Positions 39,406-52,589 of a DNA stretch of 64,000 nt are shown here, one piece after another (the stretch's first letter is position 1; every line of letters begins with the position of its first letter). A program made the position numbers and the translations under genes. Source of the DNA: Octopus vulgaris. Its lineage: Eukaryota. The notes below the pieces were generated by a model. That model worked only from the letters and a program-made list of their open reading frames with translations. It had not been told where the DNA came from and did no database searches. The stretch covers positions 139,562,001 to 139,626,000 of the forward strand of contig OX597814.1 of assembly GCA_951406725.2 (NCBI GenBank). Reading direction: 5' to 3'.

Positions 39406-40947
39406 AGAAACAAAAAGAAGAGAAAATCTGAGCCTCAGTTGGAGCAACAACAAGGAGCAGGCAAAGAAAAAGATGCTCACAAATAATGACAACCAAAATT
39501 GACAAAATATGACAACAACAGGTCACAAAAGATTACTAACGTGACTAATGACATAACAATGCTCAATGATGACAGCAAAAGAAGAATTTAATTCAAAGGA
39601 AAATAAACCAAAGAGCAAAGAATTTAACTAAACAGAAGAAACAAATAATGAAGACTATCACAAAGAACAAATAATATAACTAAAGATACATAACTAAGAA
39701 TATAATTACAGGTGAAGAACTAGTCATATAACCAAATGTGAATAACGAAAAATATAAACAAATATAACATAGTTGAAGAAATAATTATATAACCAAATAT
39801 AAAGTTCTGTTGTGTCTGGGGAGAATCATTTTCTTTTTGTGCCTTATAATTTAACACACTCACTGGTAAAATTTCCACTTATTTCTTATTTTTATTTTCC
39901 TAAAATTTTCGTTGCATCTTGCAACCTTTTCAATAGTCTTGACTCTGTTATTTACACTGCGTTCTTTTTTGTTTGTTTGTGCACATGTGTGTGGGTCAGT
40001 GTGTGTGTGAGTGTGTGCCTATGCATGCATGCATGTACGTATGTATGTATGTGTGTATGTATGCATGTGTGTGTATGTATATATGTGTGTATGCATATGT
40101 ATATATGTATGTATGTGTGTGCATCTGTATGTATGTATCCTGCATATTCATATGCTTGCATGTCCGTGTTTGTGTATTTTCTGTGTATGTGTGTGTGAGC
40201 ATGCATTTGTATATATATGCACCTCTGTCTCCTTGTGTGTGCATGTCTGTGTGTGTGTGTGTTTCGCAACTATGTACCATTTTTGTATGTATAGATGTGC
40301 ATCTCTATATGTGTGGACCTGTGTCTCCATATGTGTCCTTGTGTGGAGTAAAGTGTGTGTGTGTATATATGGTCATGTGTTTCAGTCTCCATTTGCAAAC
40401 CAAATATAAAGTACTAAATATCTAACCAAAGAAGGAGAGCCAATGATATAAAATGATATAAAGAAGAAAAAAAAGACAAAGAAAAAAACAAAAACTGCAA
40501 CTGATGTATATACCAAGGATGACCAAAGAATATAAAAAAAAATGAAGATGCAATACTTTTTAACAAAGATGAAGAGCAAAGACAATCAAGAAAGATGAAA
40601 GTAATGCTACAACCAAAGAGAAAGAAGCAGGAATACATGAGAACATGAATAGAAAAAAGATGAAAAAACAATGGCTGTAAACATGAAATAATATATAAAA
40701 AATATACCAAAGGTGAAGATACATAAATTTAAACATAAACGATGAACCAAGATTATAATGAAAGAGATACATAGGAAGAACAAGGTAACAAAAATGTAGA
40801 GCCAAACATTGGAGAAAACAAAAATAAAAAAAGTACAAGCCTAAAACAAAACCAAAAGAAGGAATCATATAAAATGAATGCTGAACCTCAAATACACACA
40901 CACACACACATACACACACACACATTATGTCCTAGGTATGACTTTAA

Positions 40948-41154
40948 CCCTTTAGTATTTAAACAGGCCATACTCAGGCCAAATATTCTACCTGTTTTAT
41001 GTACAAACTGGCCAGACCTGGCCTCTCACACCATCCTTACAATATACTTCTAAAAATAAACATTTACCACATCTAAATCTCAAAGCTACAAGACAATGCA
41101 TAATTAATTTAAAACACATGAATAAATAAGCATTACACTAGACAGAATAATGGG
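40948..41154 (+). mobile_element. piggyBac-type MITE, third copy
   Basis: TTAA-CCCTTTAG...GGG-TTAA; homologous to 5679-5899. Confidence 0.8.
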
Positions 41155-42019
41155 TTAAACTGCATCCAGTTGTGGGGCTCTGGTTCGAGAGTTCCAGGGT
41201 TTTGAAGAGTGTGAAACCATGTCTTAGTCACTATTGTTCCCAGGTGTTACTCTGACCTGGAGTAGTAGCACCTGTGATGGTCATAACCGTGGGTTAACTA
41301 GCATGTGTGATGACAATCCATCTGAGCTTGTAGACACAGATATACCCTTGGTTAGAATCAGGGCATGCAGTAAACCCACTGGGAATGAGGGACCCCTTGA
41401 TGTTGCCACACTGCAGCATCCTTCTAGGTGAATGACACTGTGATGTAAAACCTCTGGTTTCACATGATGACTGGTCATCTCACTCTGGCTTGTCACCAAG
41501 TACTAAGAAGAGAAACTCAGACAGTAATACTCGTATTGTACAAGCATTTATCACTATAATCCAGTAATGTACAGATGTCTCTTTATGGTGACCTCATTTG
41601 TCATTCCATCTACTGAAAGTCCTAGGGTGATAGAAGAGTGGTGACATGTGCAGACCGAACCAGCTAGAAGTGTGCAGTAAATTACAACTTTCATCTGTCA
41701 TTTATACTTCCAACCATGCAGTGGGACTGAATTGTTATCTGAAGGGTCATGGATGGAAAATCAGTATAGCCATTGACAAAAAGACAACAAAAGAATACAG
41801 CCATATATATATATATATATATATATATAGGTTAGGCATGGCTGTGTGATAAAGAAGTTCGCTTTGCAAAAGCAAGTTTGTAGTATGCTGTACAAGCTTG
41901 TCAGATTAATGTACTTTCAGAGCAATAGACTTATAGTAGCTCACATTTAAATCCCGTATTCATAAAATTACACATATAAATACATACTACATACACATAT
42001 GCATACATAAATATATATA

Positions 42020-42072
<53 letters not shown>

Positions 42073-42089
42073 GTATATATGTATGTATG

Positions 42090-42188
<99 letters not shown>

Positions 42189-42189
42189 C

Positions 42190-42642
42190 AATTAAATTAG
42201 AGATAAAACCACTATTAGGCAACTCAGTGATAGACATAAACCAAAACATAAAAAAACAAAAAATAAATATAATTAATATAATATATAATATATATATAAA
42301 CTATAAAATTTAAAATATTAAATTATTAAAATTTAAAATTTTTTAATTTAAATATTTTTAAATTTTAAATTTTTGATTTTTTTTATATAACTAACCAAAA
42401 AGTATATCATATTTAACTTTTTTTATACTTTTTGGTAAGTTATATATTAAAAAAATCAAAAATTTAAAAATATAAAAATATAAATTTAAAAATTTAAAAT
42501 TTTAATAATTTAAATTTTAAATTCTATATGTTATATATATTTTGTATATTATATTAATTAAATTTATTTTTTGTTTTTTATGTTTTGGTTTATGTCTATA
42601 ACTGTTTGAGTTGCCTAATAGTGGTTTTATCTCTAATTTAAT
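42190..42642. repeat. Large imperfect AT-rich palindrome (~215-bp arms) adjacent to (TA)n
   Basis: ATTAAATTAGAGATAAAACCACTATTAGGCAACTCA at the left pairs with TGAGTTGCCTAATAGTGGTTTTATCTCTAATTTAAT at the right. The centre is CCAAAAAGTATA...TATACTTTTTGG. Confidence 0.85.
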
Positions 42643-42759
42643 TTATATCTATACTGTGAAATTTGATTTAATCCTAAATCTAATTTTTCCTTGTAAGTTT
42701 GGATATACTCCCTAATATTATTATTTATATATATACATACACATACATATATGCATGCA

Positions 42760-43560
42760 TGACTCTACTGCAATGTATCATCAGATGAAAGAATGGGCCT
42801 ATATGAGCAGAAGACTATGCATGGATATGTTAGTAGAAAGCTCTGAGATGATAGTAACATCAATCATCAAAGCAGTTTATCATGGACCAATAGCCGGATA
42901 CTACCCCCCACTTTGAAGGGTATGCATTTGCAATCCAGGAACATGAAATTTCAACCAAGTACCTGATGCACAAAAGGGATAGAGATGCAAGAAAAGTAGT
43001 AAAATGTGACAACCAATGCAGAGTTTGTGGAGTTAACACCGAAGACATCACGCACATCATAAGCAGTTGTCTGAAAATATCATCACAGTATTATCTACCG
43101 ATGAGAAATGATGTTGTAGCCAGGACATTCTATTATGAAATCCATTGGAAGGATAACCCCGAGGACAAAGAAATAAGAACTCACAGTATGGTAGAAGCCA
43201 TCTGCAGTTACTCTATCCAGATTACAAATTCAGGTTTATACCTGTAATTATTGGGGCTCTGGGATATGTAACACACTGCCTAAACACCAATCTTGAGAAA
43301 TTAGGCTTCTCAAAACCAGAAAGGAGAAAGCTAATTTGAAGACTACAGATCCAATCCATCACTGGAACTGTAAAAATCTGTAAAACTTTAAATATATATG
43401 AGCATGTCTACATATGCAACAATATGCATGAGAATACATACATGAAGCAAAATATACAAATCTGCACATATACACACATACAAGCAAAAATACCCTGTTG
43501 TTGATATTGAAATTTCAATGAATCTAGGTTAGAAACCAGCTCTTTCTCTATTGGCAAGAA
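42760..43560 (+). pseudogene. R4/Dong-type (RLE) non-LTR retrotransposon C-terminal relic
   Basis: EGYAFAIQEHEISTKYL, CCHC knuckle CRVCGVNTEDITHIISSC, RND.VA and IPVIIGALG, followed by a 3' UTR. Confidence 0.8.
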
Positions 43561-43561
43561 A

Positions 43562-44043
43562 TCATCATCATCGTTTAATGTCCACTTTCCATGCTAGCAT
43601 GGGTCGGACGATTTGACTGAGGTCTGGTGAACCAGATGGCTGCACCAGACTCCAATCTGATCTGGCAGAGTTTCTACAGATGGATGCCCTTCCTAATGCC
43701 AACCACTGGATGCCATTCCTAATGCCAACCATTCCGAGAGTGTAGTGGATACTTTTACGTGCCACCGGCATGAGGGCCATTCAGGTGGTACTGGCAACGG
43801 CCATGCTCAAATGGTGCTTTTTATGTGCCACCTGCACAGCAGTCAGTCCAGGTGCACTGGCAACGACCTCACTCGAATGTTTTTTCACATGCCACCAGTA
43901 CAAGTGCCAGTAAGTTGATGCAGGTAACGATCACGCTCAAATGGTGTTTTTTACGTGCCATTGGCATGGAGGTCAGCTTGTTGCTCTCGCAACGATCACG
44001 CTCGTATGGTACTCTTAGTGCGCCACTATCACGGATGCCAGTC
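43562..44043 (-). mobile_element. SINE-like family C copy (near full length)
   Basis: Reverse complement of 88-563, with a 26-bp internal tandem duplication at ~43681-43733. Confidence 0.87.
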
Positions 44044-44999
44044 TACTACTTTTCACTAGAAGATAAATAAGCCAAGATGAAGATTCATAACCAAGGACAA
44101 AATTGTATCTAAACAATCAAAAATATAATTGCAGCTGAAGACAAAAATGAAGTACCAAATGCAAAATCAAAAATCAAATATTAAATACAACAGGTCAAAG
44201 ATTAGCAACAATGAATATCTATCCAAAGATGAAGAAACAATGGTTGCAAAGAAAGATGAACAACCAATGATATAACGGAAGATGCAAAGCCAAGAATTCA
44301 GCCAAAGATGAAGATCTAAGAATAAAACCAAATAATGGGGACTGGATGAAAAATCAACAATATAACAAAAATAAAGAAATAAGTAGATATATCCAAAACT
44401 GAAGAAACAAAAATATCACCATGTATAAAGACATGGGAATTCAATCAAAACTGAATAATCAAGATTTATAACAAACGACTAACTTAAGGCTAAATAACTA
44501 CAATAGTATATTGTACATATTTCAAATCAATTTGTTTTCAGTCTAGACTTCCTTCCAGTTGCACAACGTATTAGAGAGAGAGAGAGAAAAAAAAAAAAAA
44601 AAAAAGAGAGAGAGAGGATCATTCAAAGAAAAATAGACACTGAAACTGGACAATGAAATGGACTTAAAACAGAGTGATAGACATAAGGAGAACAGGTAGC
44701 AAAAATAGAAGAAAAAGGGCTAGTGGCAAAGTATCTGGTTGAATACATAATATACACGATCCAATGTTAATAGAGTATGTGTAGGATAGAGGGAGATTAA
44801 ATAAATGGTAAATTATTGAAAAATAAATGGGGTGGGTGATCCATCCATCCATCCACCCACCCACCTATCCATCCATACATACACACACACACATACATAC
44901 ATACATACATACATACATACACACACACATACATACATACATACATACACACGACACTTGCTCTAATGCATCTCTAATTCAACAGGAAAATATATTAAT

Positions 45000-47900
45000 G
45001 TATTTTCTCATTAAATATTTACTAATGGTCAAACACCTGATTGCGTTGTATTCGTCAACCCCACAAAACCTATTCGATTCAATTTTACACATCAACTGGT
45101 AGTTTATGAATGCATGTACGATGTGCTGAACAAACGTACGAAAGTCTCCGAGTAAGAGTATGTGTCTATTATATATTTTGAGATGAGTGGAGTAGTTAAC
45201 TAATTTGTTAAGTATTTCACTTGATGACTGCAAGCTCCATCACTATCACAGTGAAGGACAGTCTAAGGTAGCATTCACACACATACACACACACAGACAC
45301 GCGCGCGTATGTATGTGTATATTTATGTATTTATACATACATAAATTCATACACACACGTGTGTGTGTGTGTGCTGCTTGTCTGCGTGTGTCAGTATGTA
45401 TGTGTGTCTGTGTGGGTGTTTTAATATTAGAGCCGGTAGCCTATGTGCTTTAAATTAAGAAGTATAAAATAGATGTAATTACTTTAAATCCATGTTTGTT
45501 AAACGTCGTCAGTAAACTAATTAGAACGTCGATATCATTTTTAATTGTTGCAATAATAAATAAACAACAACAGCAATTACGTCTACAATAACATCGACTA
45601 CTACTACTACTACTACTACTATCACCGCCAACACAATCACTACTAGCGCCAACACAATCACCAGCAGCACCATCACTATTGTAACCAATATTCACCAGTA
45701 AACGTGGAGATATAGCAGAGAGGACTGGTGTTTTTCTTTCTCGTCATTTAATATATATTTACAACCGATGTGTTCTTCCCCTGTCGAGACAGCAAAGATA
45801 TCAAAACAGGTAACAAAAACCCAACAAAACACCTACAAATAACGAACAATTCTAGCTACCTTTAACGTCCAATGTACATACATGTGTGTACATGAACGTG
45901 TCTGTGTATGTATATGTATGAAGCTCATTTATTTATTCATATTATGTAAATTATCTCTATGTAAATTAAATGACATTCAATAATTTTTGTATATGCAAAC
46001 ACTATATACAAATAGTATACATATTTTAATATCAGTTTTGTTACAGATATCTATCTATCCATCTATTTATCTATCAATCTATCATGAGTGTGTGTGTAAG
46101 AATTTGTTTGTATTAAATTTCTCTTTGTATAACGGGACTGTATATTAACATTTCCTGTAAAATAATTTACAATAGATCTATTGTATATATAAAATGATGT
46201 GTGACAAGGCTTGGCAAATTGGTGGGAAGGGTGTCTTTTCGATTTATAATATTTTAAGTGATAATCTTTATCGACTGAATCCGTTATATATATGTATATA
46301 TACATATATATATATGAGATCTGTAATGTATATAAAATAAATTTGCTTTACTGTTTTAAAGCAGACAAGCCTCAAAATATAAGCAACTAAATACAAGAAG
46401 CAAGCATCTATTTATCTTTTCGTTTTCTTAGGAGTTTTTACGTAAGTCGCGCTTTGATTGTTGACGTTGGAGATAATTTATTTACTAATGATATAATTTC
46501 GCCAAACTCTCTGTCAGAAGAAATTTACCTGAAGCTGTCAGTGTCTTTTATTGATAAGGCTAATGTTACAAATAAACAGAATTCTACCAACATACTCAGA
46601 TGTACTCTTATTAATTAAGACTTAGTCTTATTAATTAATTACCTCTTATCCGGCACCAGTAGAAGAAACTTGTGTCCGCTTATTATTTTTTTTTTCCTCA
46701 CTGAACACTCGAGTTTCTTCCTATAATACTTACACATTTTCTCTTTTCTTTAAGCAATAAGACCTATTGAAAAAATTGACGTAGTTTATAATTATTGTTA
46801 AAAATTAACTTCAACAAATTATCTACATTGTTATACGACAGTTATTGGTTTGTGGGGGATATTCTGTAATGTAATCCTTACCAACCGCAAGGAAATGGCT
46901 ACACGGAAACCGTTATGGTAAACAACCAACGTATAAACAGCACATGGTTATTATGAAACCTTCAACAAAGTAGAATCTCTTCGCTCCATGCCTGTCATGT
47001 TATATTTTGCTTGACTGTTCTTTATTTCTTGTTTTAAATCGATCGCACTTATTGTGTCTCTCGTGTGTGTATGTGTAACTTATCAACACATTGTTGTTCG
47101 TACGTGTCAGTAGGTTTATTGTTTGTACTCGGTGTGTCTATGTGTGAAAAATAAACTGCATGTCTCATCACATCTGTAATGTTACAAGCAACTATTGCTT
47201 TTAAATATTTTAACTGTGTTGTTGTTGACCCCCAAGTGAGCACGGATCTAACAGTTTAAGGATGTTCCTTCCGTGAAATCCCCGTTCCTCTCCCCCCAGA
47301 CATAATATATCAAGGATTTTTTTTATTTCAATGCGTTTTGATTTTTGTAAAAGACTACAGGGTTTGATTTAATGGAATTTTAGCTGCTATTTCTAGTAGA
47401 GCGTAGGATGTTGCTGTAATTAATAATGAAATTGTACTATAATATACACATTACCACAAAACAGATACGCTCAAGTATGCACTCACATATCTACGCACAC
47501 GCACGATGAAATAATTCAAGCATTCCTTGAAGGGAACTACAGTCGAGTAAATTAGTCAACAATTATCGATTCTGTGTCTTAGCTGGAAGAATGATAAATT
47601 TTGTTTCTTGAGGGTCACTAATTAAGCAGACAACCCTATGACAAAATGACTTTGTATTTATTGCACTACATTGTTTAATGTAAATTACCAAGACTATTTA
47701 GCAAGCATATCTCAACATGCTACTACACTTAACTATATAAATTAGATAGTATTTATTCACAGCTCACAATACTGGACCTCCCTTGTCATTGTCGACTATT
47801 ATTTCGAAATATATTCGATAAATATACTCAACCGTTTCCTGGCGAGATTGCTTAGCGCGCAGAGATTTCCAAGTGATCTCCATATATTTCCCCTAAACCT

Positions 47901-48723
47901 AATCTCTGTTGGATTACAACATTCTCCCACAAAAGATATTTACTTATCCCTTCCATATTTAACTTCTATTTTGTCTCTCATCCCATTTAATTTCACATAA
48001 TCAACTAATATTACATTTAAATTTTCGATAACTTAGTTTCTTAATTTATATTAGTCGTCGCCATAGTAATTTAGATAAGGTTATCAAATAACCTCAGACC
48101 GATTAGATAATCTAAAATCCACACGTAGATAGGTATAGATATATTAATTAGCCGAGATAACATTGTTTTAGCCGTCCTCATTGTTCCCCTAAGTATTTAA
48201 CTTGTTTTCCCCCTCCACCTCCTACACACCGTTGTTTAATTATTCTCTCTTCTCACTGATGCACTTTCTCTCTCTCTTCTACAACTGACTAACCAATTCT
48301 CAGACCCCCACCTTCCTTTCTCTAGTTCTTTTCAAGCTTTTATATTTCTCTTGCCGCCTACCGTCCCATACTGTTCTCAAGTTTATATTTTCCAAGTGCA
48401 CATGTGCAAAATTGTTGCCGCCAGACTTAACTATATACCAACATAAATTAGCATGTTCAACGCATGTACACATGCCATCACCTGTAAGCACATACGTATA
48501 CTAACTAAATTGCCCCATTACACACCTAAAATTTCTCCACACTTAAATTTTAATAAACTAAATATATCAGGTGATCGTCTTTTATAAATCAACGGTTAAA
48601 TCACCTGCTACTTGATTGAGATAAATTAAAAATATTGTGAAAGATATGCAGATACCAATTCTTTTTAACCGGCCGAACACCTTAGATTTTCAGCTAGTGT
48701 AATCAATAGTTCTGGATCTTCGA

Positions 48724-48756
<33 letters not shown>

Positions 48757-49180
48757 GTCTTATTTTTTTTTATTATTAAGTCTTATTTTTTTTATTGCGT
48801 GTTAGTATTATTATGAATATTATTATCTGAAACACATATACTTTTGTGATTACAAACAAGTATATTCATGAATTAACTGAAATCCATACATACAACCAAA
48901 ATCTAATACTATAGATCAATTATAGTGTAGTACCGTTATTATATAACTTGTTGATTGAGAAATGTGTATTAATGAGATAAAGCCATTCTGTGAGATTCGC
49001 CAGTTTCAATATTGGCGAAACTGATAACGGGCGAGCGTAAATTCTTTGTCGTTATTAATTCATTCACTCACCTACCAGTGACCATTACAAATTTCACCAT
49101 TTCTAAAATAACTCATTCACGGTTTACGTAATTTTACTTGCTCACGTGAGCCACCTCTTTGTCGCTTCTCTGAATATATA
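45000..49180. promoter_or_regulatory. Candidate CpG-retaining regulatory/promoter island with GATA-motif clusters
   Basis: Visibly more CpG than the flanks, almost no young repeats, many WGATAR motifs (five within 48073-48160) and consensus splice signals. Function is inferred. Confidence 0.4.
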
Positions 49181-49439
49181 TATATACGCGGGTTTGTGTG
49201 TATATACATGTGTATGTGTGTGTCTGTGAGTACGTAAGTATGTATATATGTGTGTATGTGTGCATATATGCACCTACGGATGTATGTATGCATGAGTGCG
49301 TATGTATGTGAGTGCGTATGTATGAATATATATGCGTATGTATATGAGTACATAATATGTCTACATGTATATATGTTAATGTGTATAAATGTATATGTGT
49401 ATATATACATATTTAATTGTATAAAAATATATGTTAATA

Positions 49440-49503
<64 letters not shown>

Positions 49504-49533
49504 ATGTAAATATATATATATACATACATGTGT

Positions 49534-49566
<33 letters not shown>

Positions 49567-49635
49567 AAATATATATATATATATATATAATGTATATATG
49601 TAATGTAAATATATATATATATATATATATATGTG

Positions 49636-49691
<56 letters not shown>

Positions 49692-49743
49692 ACTATATAT
49701 AAAAATACATAAGCATAGCACATGTACATATTTTTGGATATGC

Positions 49744-50098
49744 ATCATCATCATCATCGTTTAGCGTCCGCTTTCCATGCTAGCATGGGTTGGACGGTTC
49801 AACTGGGGTCTGGGAAGCCAGAAGGCTGCACCAGGCCCAGTTTGATCTGGCAATGTTTCTACGGCTGGATGCCATTCCTAACGCCAACCACTCCATGAGT
49901 GTAGTGGGTGTTTTTTATGTGCCAGACGAGTCTGGCAAACGGCCACGATCGGATGGTGCTTGATATGTACCACCGGCACGGGGGCCAGGCGAGGCTGGCA
50001 AACGGCTACGATCGGATGGTGCATTTTATGTGCCACCGGCACGGGGGCCAGGCGAGGCTGGCAACGGCCACGAACAGATGGTGCTTTTTACGTGCCAC
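49744..50098 (-). mobile_element. SINE-like family C copy (CpG-rich, probably young)
   Basis: (CAT)n start, conserved tail and three ~58-bp internal units. Confidence 0.87.
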
Positions 50099-50565
50099 AT
50101 ATATATATGTGTTTTTAATATTTTTTAAAGCTAAAACAAGTTATAAATGAAAAATTGTTAAAAAAAATTTATATTTGAATCAATGAAAATTTTAGAAAAA
50201 AATAAATTAGTAAATGAGTGGAAATTGAACCGGTGAGTGTGTTAAGTAATAAGGCACTAAAAGAGAATGACTCTCCCCAGACACAATAATATATATATAT
50301 ATATATATGGAGAAAAGGTTTTTGGTGTTGTACAGAATATTATATTAATAATGATAATAATAAGGCTATTCAGAAGAAATGAAAGAATTGTAAAGTTTAT
50401 TTATATACAGAAAATCCACAAATCATCCAAGGAAATGAAATAAACAAAGTGAGATAAAATAATGTAAAATTTTTATGCCATTACGTTTATGAATTCATCT
50501 TGGTTGAGCATGCTTATGAGTCAACAATTACGAATGCACTATCATATATATATATATATATACAC

Positions 50566-51060
50566 ATCATCATCTAGCATCTGTTGTCCATGCTGGCATG
50601 GGTTGGACTGTTTGACCAGGACTGGAAAGCTGCACCAGACTCCAGTCTGATTCAGCATGGTCTCTGTGGCTGGATGCCCTTCCTCAGTCATTGCCTCCGT
50701 GAGGCCCGACATTCGAAAGGAACTCAGCTACTTTGCCTCCGGGAGATTCAACGCTCAAAAGGAACTCAGCACTTTACCTCCAGGAGGCCCAACGTTCAAA
50801 TGGAATTCAGCCTCTTTACATCTGGAAGGCTCAATGTTCAAAAGGAATTTAGCTGCTTTGCCTTTGGGAGGCCCAACGCTCGAAAGGAACTCAGCCACTT
50901 TGTCTCCTTGAGGCCCAATGCTTGAATAGTGCTCTTTACATGCCACTGGCATGGGTGCCAGTTACATGACACCAACATCAGCCATGACTATGATTTCACT
51001 TGCCTTTACGGGTTTTCTCGAATACAGCATATCGCCAAAGGTCTCAGTCACTAGTCATTG
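50566..51060 (-). mobile_element. Family C variant containing a 42-bp tandem array (50691-50925)
   Basis: Family C tail followed by ~5.5 copies of TTGCCTCC..GAGGCCCAACG.TCGAAAGGAACTCAGC.ACT. Confidence 0.75.
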
Positions 51061-51756
51061 CCTCTGTCAGGTTTAAAGTTGGAAGATCATGCTTCACCAC
51101 TCTGTCCCATGTCTTCCTGGGTCTACTTCTACTGTAGGTTCCTTATACCAGTGCTACTCAAAGTGGTGGTCTGCAGACCAGTGCCAGTCCATGAGCCATC
51201 CATCAGCTGCTGGTATGTGGTGAGTTTCCAGAAAAGAAGCATTATAAAATGCTTATGTAATAATGTATTACTTGATTACAAAATAAATATACGATAAAAA
51301 AACTCTCAAATATAAATATATGCATATATACATACATATATGTACATACTTACATATATATGTATATATACATGCATATATTGGTACAGGACATAAAAAA
51401 AATGTGAAGAAAATGAGAAACGAGAACACAAAAAACAAAAACATAGAAAACAAACTTCTTTTTGAACAACGAAAGAAACAAATAGAGAAACGAGACAGGC
51501 ACCATAAAGAACATTCCCTTCATCAGTTGTCCCCTGTTTTATCTACTCCATGTTTCGAAGGTAGTGACAAGACGCGACTTCGTTAAAACAATCCTTCCTG
51601 CAAAGCAAATTAAATAAAATTTGGGATTTTTTGTAGAGGGTTAAAGTGGTAACAAAAGCAGGACAGTAACAAACAAAACAGTAAAAACAAATGGTGAGGG
51701 CTGTTAAGCCAAGACGAGGTGCAGTGGTGAACGCTATACACACACATATATATGTA

Positions 51757-52098
51757 TATTCTTTTGTTCTTTTACTTATTTCAGTCATTTGACTGTGGCC
51801 ATGCTGGAGCACTGCCTTTAGTCAAACAAATCGACCCCAGGACTTATTCTTTGTAAGGTTAATACTTATTCTATCAGTCTCTTTTGCTGAACCTCTAAGT
51901 TATGGGGATGTAAACACCAGTTGTCAAGCAATGGTGGGGAGAAAATACAGAGACACACACACAAATACATGCATGCATACATACATACATTTCAGTTATA
52001 GTAGAAGACACTTGCCTAAAGTGCCATGCAGTGCAACTGAACTCAGAACCATGTTGTTGGGAAGCAAGCTTCTTACCACACAGCCACTCCTGTGCCTA
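51757..52098 (-). mobile_element. SINE A copy with internal deletion
   Basis: Tail and head are present; the central segment is missing. Confidence 0.8.
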
Positions 52099-52232
52099 CA
52101 TATGTATGTATGTATATATATGTGTGTGTGTGCATGAATGTAAATAGACGTATATATGTATGTATGTATAGATAGATAGATAATGTAATTTGAAATTTTT
52201 AAAAATGAGAAGAGAACAGGAATTATAGGATT

Positions 52233-52333
52233 AACTTTATTAGCTTACAGCTGTTTCTGCTACAAGTTGCAGTGCACTCAAAGCTGAGTGCTTGTGCATC
52301 TTATAGCAGAAACAGCTGTAAGCCAATGAAGTT
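52233..52333. repeat. ~100-nt hairpin (probable inverted Penelope-type fragment)
   Basis: AACTTTATTAGCTTACAGCTGTTTCTGCTA...GCACTCA-AAGC-TGAGTGC...TAGCAGAAACAGCTGTAAGCCAATGAAGTT. Confidence 0.8.
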
Positions 52334-52589
52334 GCTCACACAATTCTGGTTTCTTTGTCATTTCATTACTTTCATTTTACGCTCTCTACTCACCTTACAC
52401 TTTATTGTGAAGCATATTGAATTCTAACTGCAGGTTACTGGTATTGCCATGACTAAGTGAAATGTTAAAATATATAAAGAGGATATGAAAAGAATTTGAG
52501 AACATATTTTGTAATTTACAAAAACAACTCTGAAAAACAAAACAAAAAAAGAAGAAAAAATATATTTTAATAAAAATTTGTGCAAATGT

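Larger units (their letters stand above)
37260..44500 (+). repeat. Decayed ~26-bp A-rich minisatellite (approx. CAAAGATGAAGAACCAAGAATATAAC), interrupted by insertions
   Basis: CCAAAGATGAAGA-like motifs recur throughout 37260-38450, 38825-38980, 39405-39800, 40400-40885 and 44055-44500. The period is ~26 nt at 44223-44330. Confidence 0.65.

Noticed and set aside
47273-47282. NF-kB-like site GGGATTTCAC (minus)
   Set aside because: It lies within an old family D repeat remnant, and a single short match is uninformative.
51500-51565. Hammerhead boxes (CTGATGA and CGAAAC) on the minus strand
   Set aside because: The boxes are in permuted order and I could not build convincing stems I and III.
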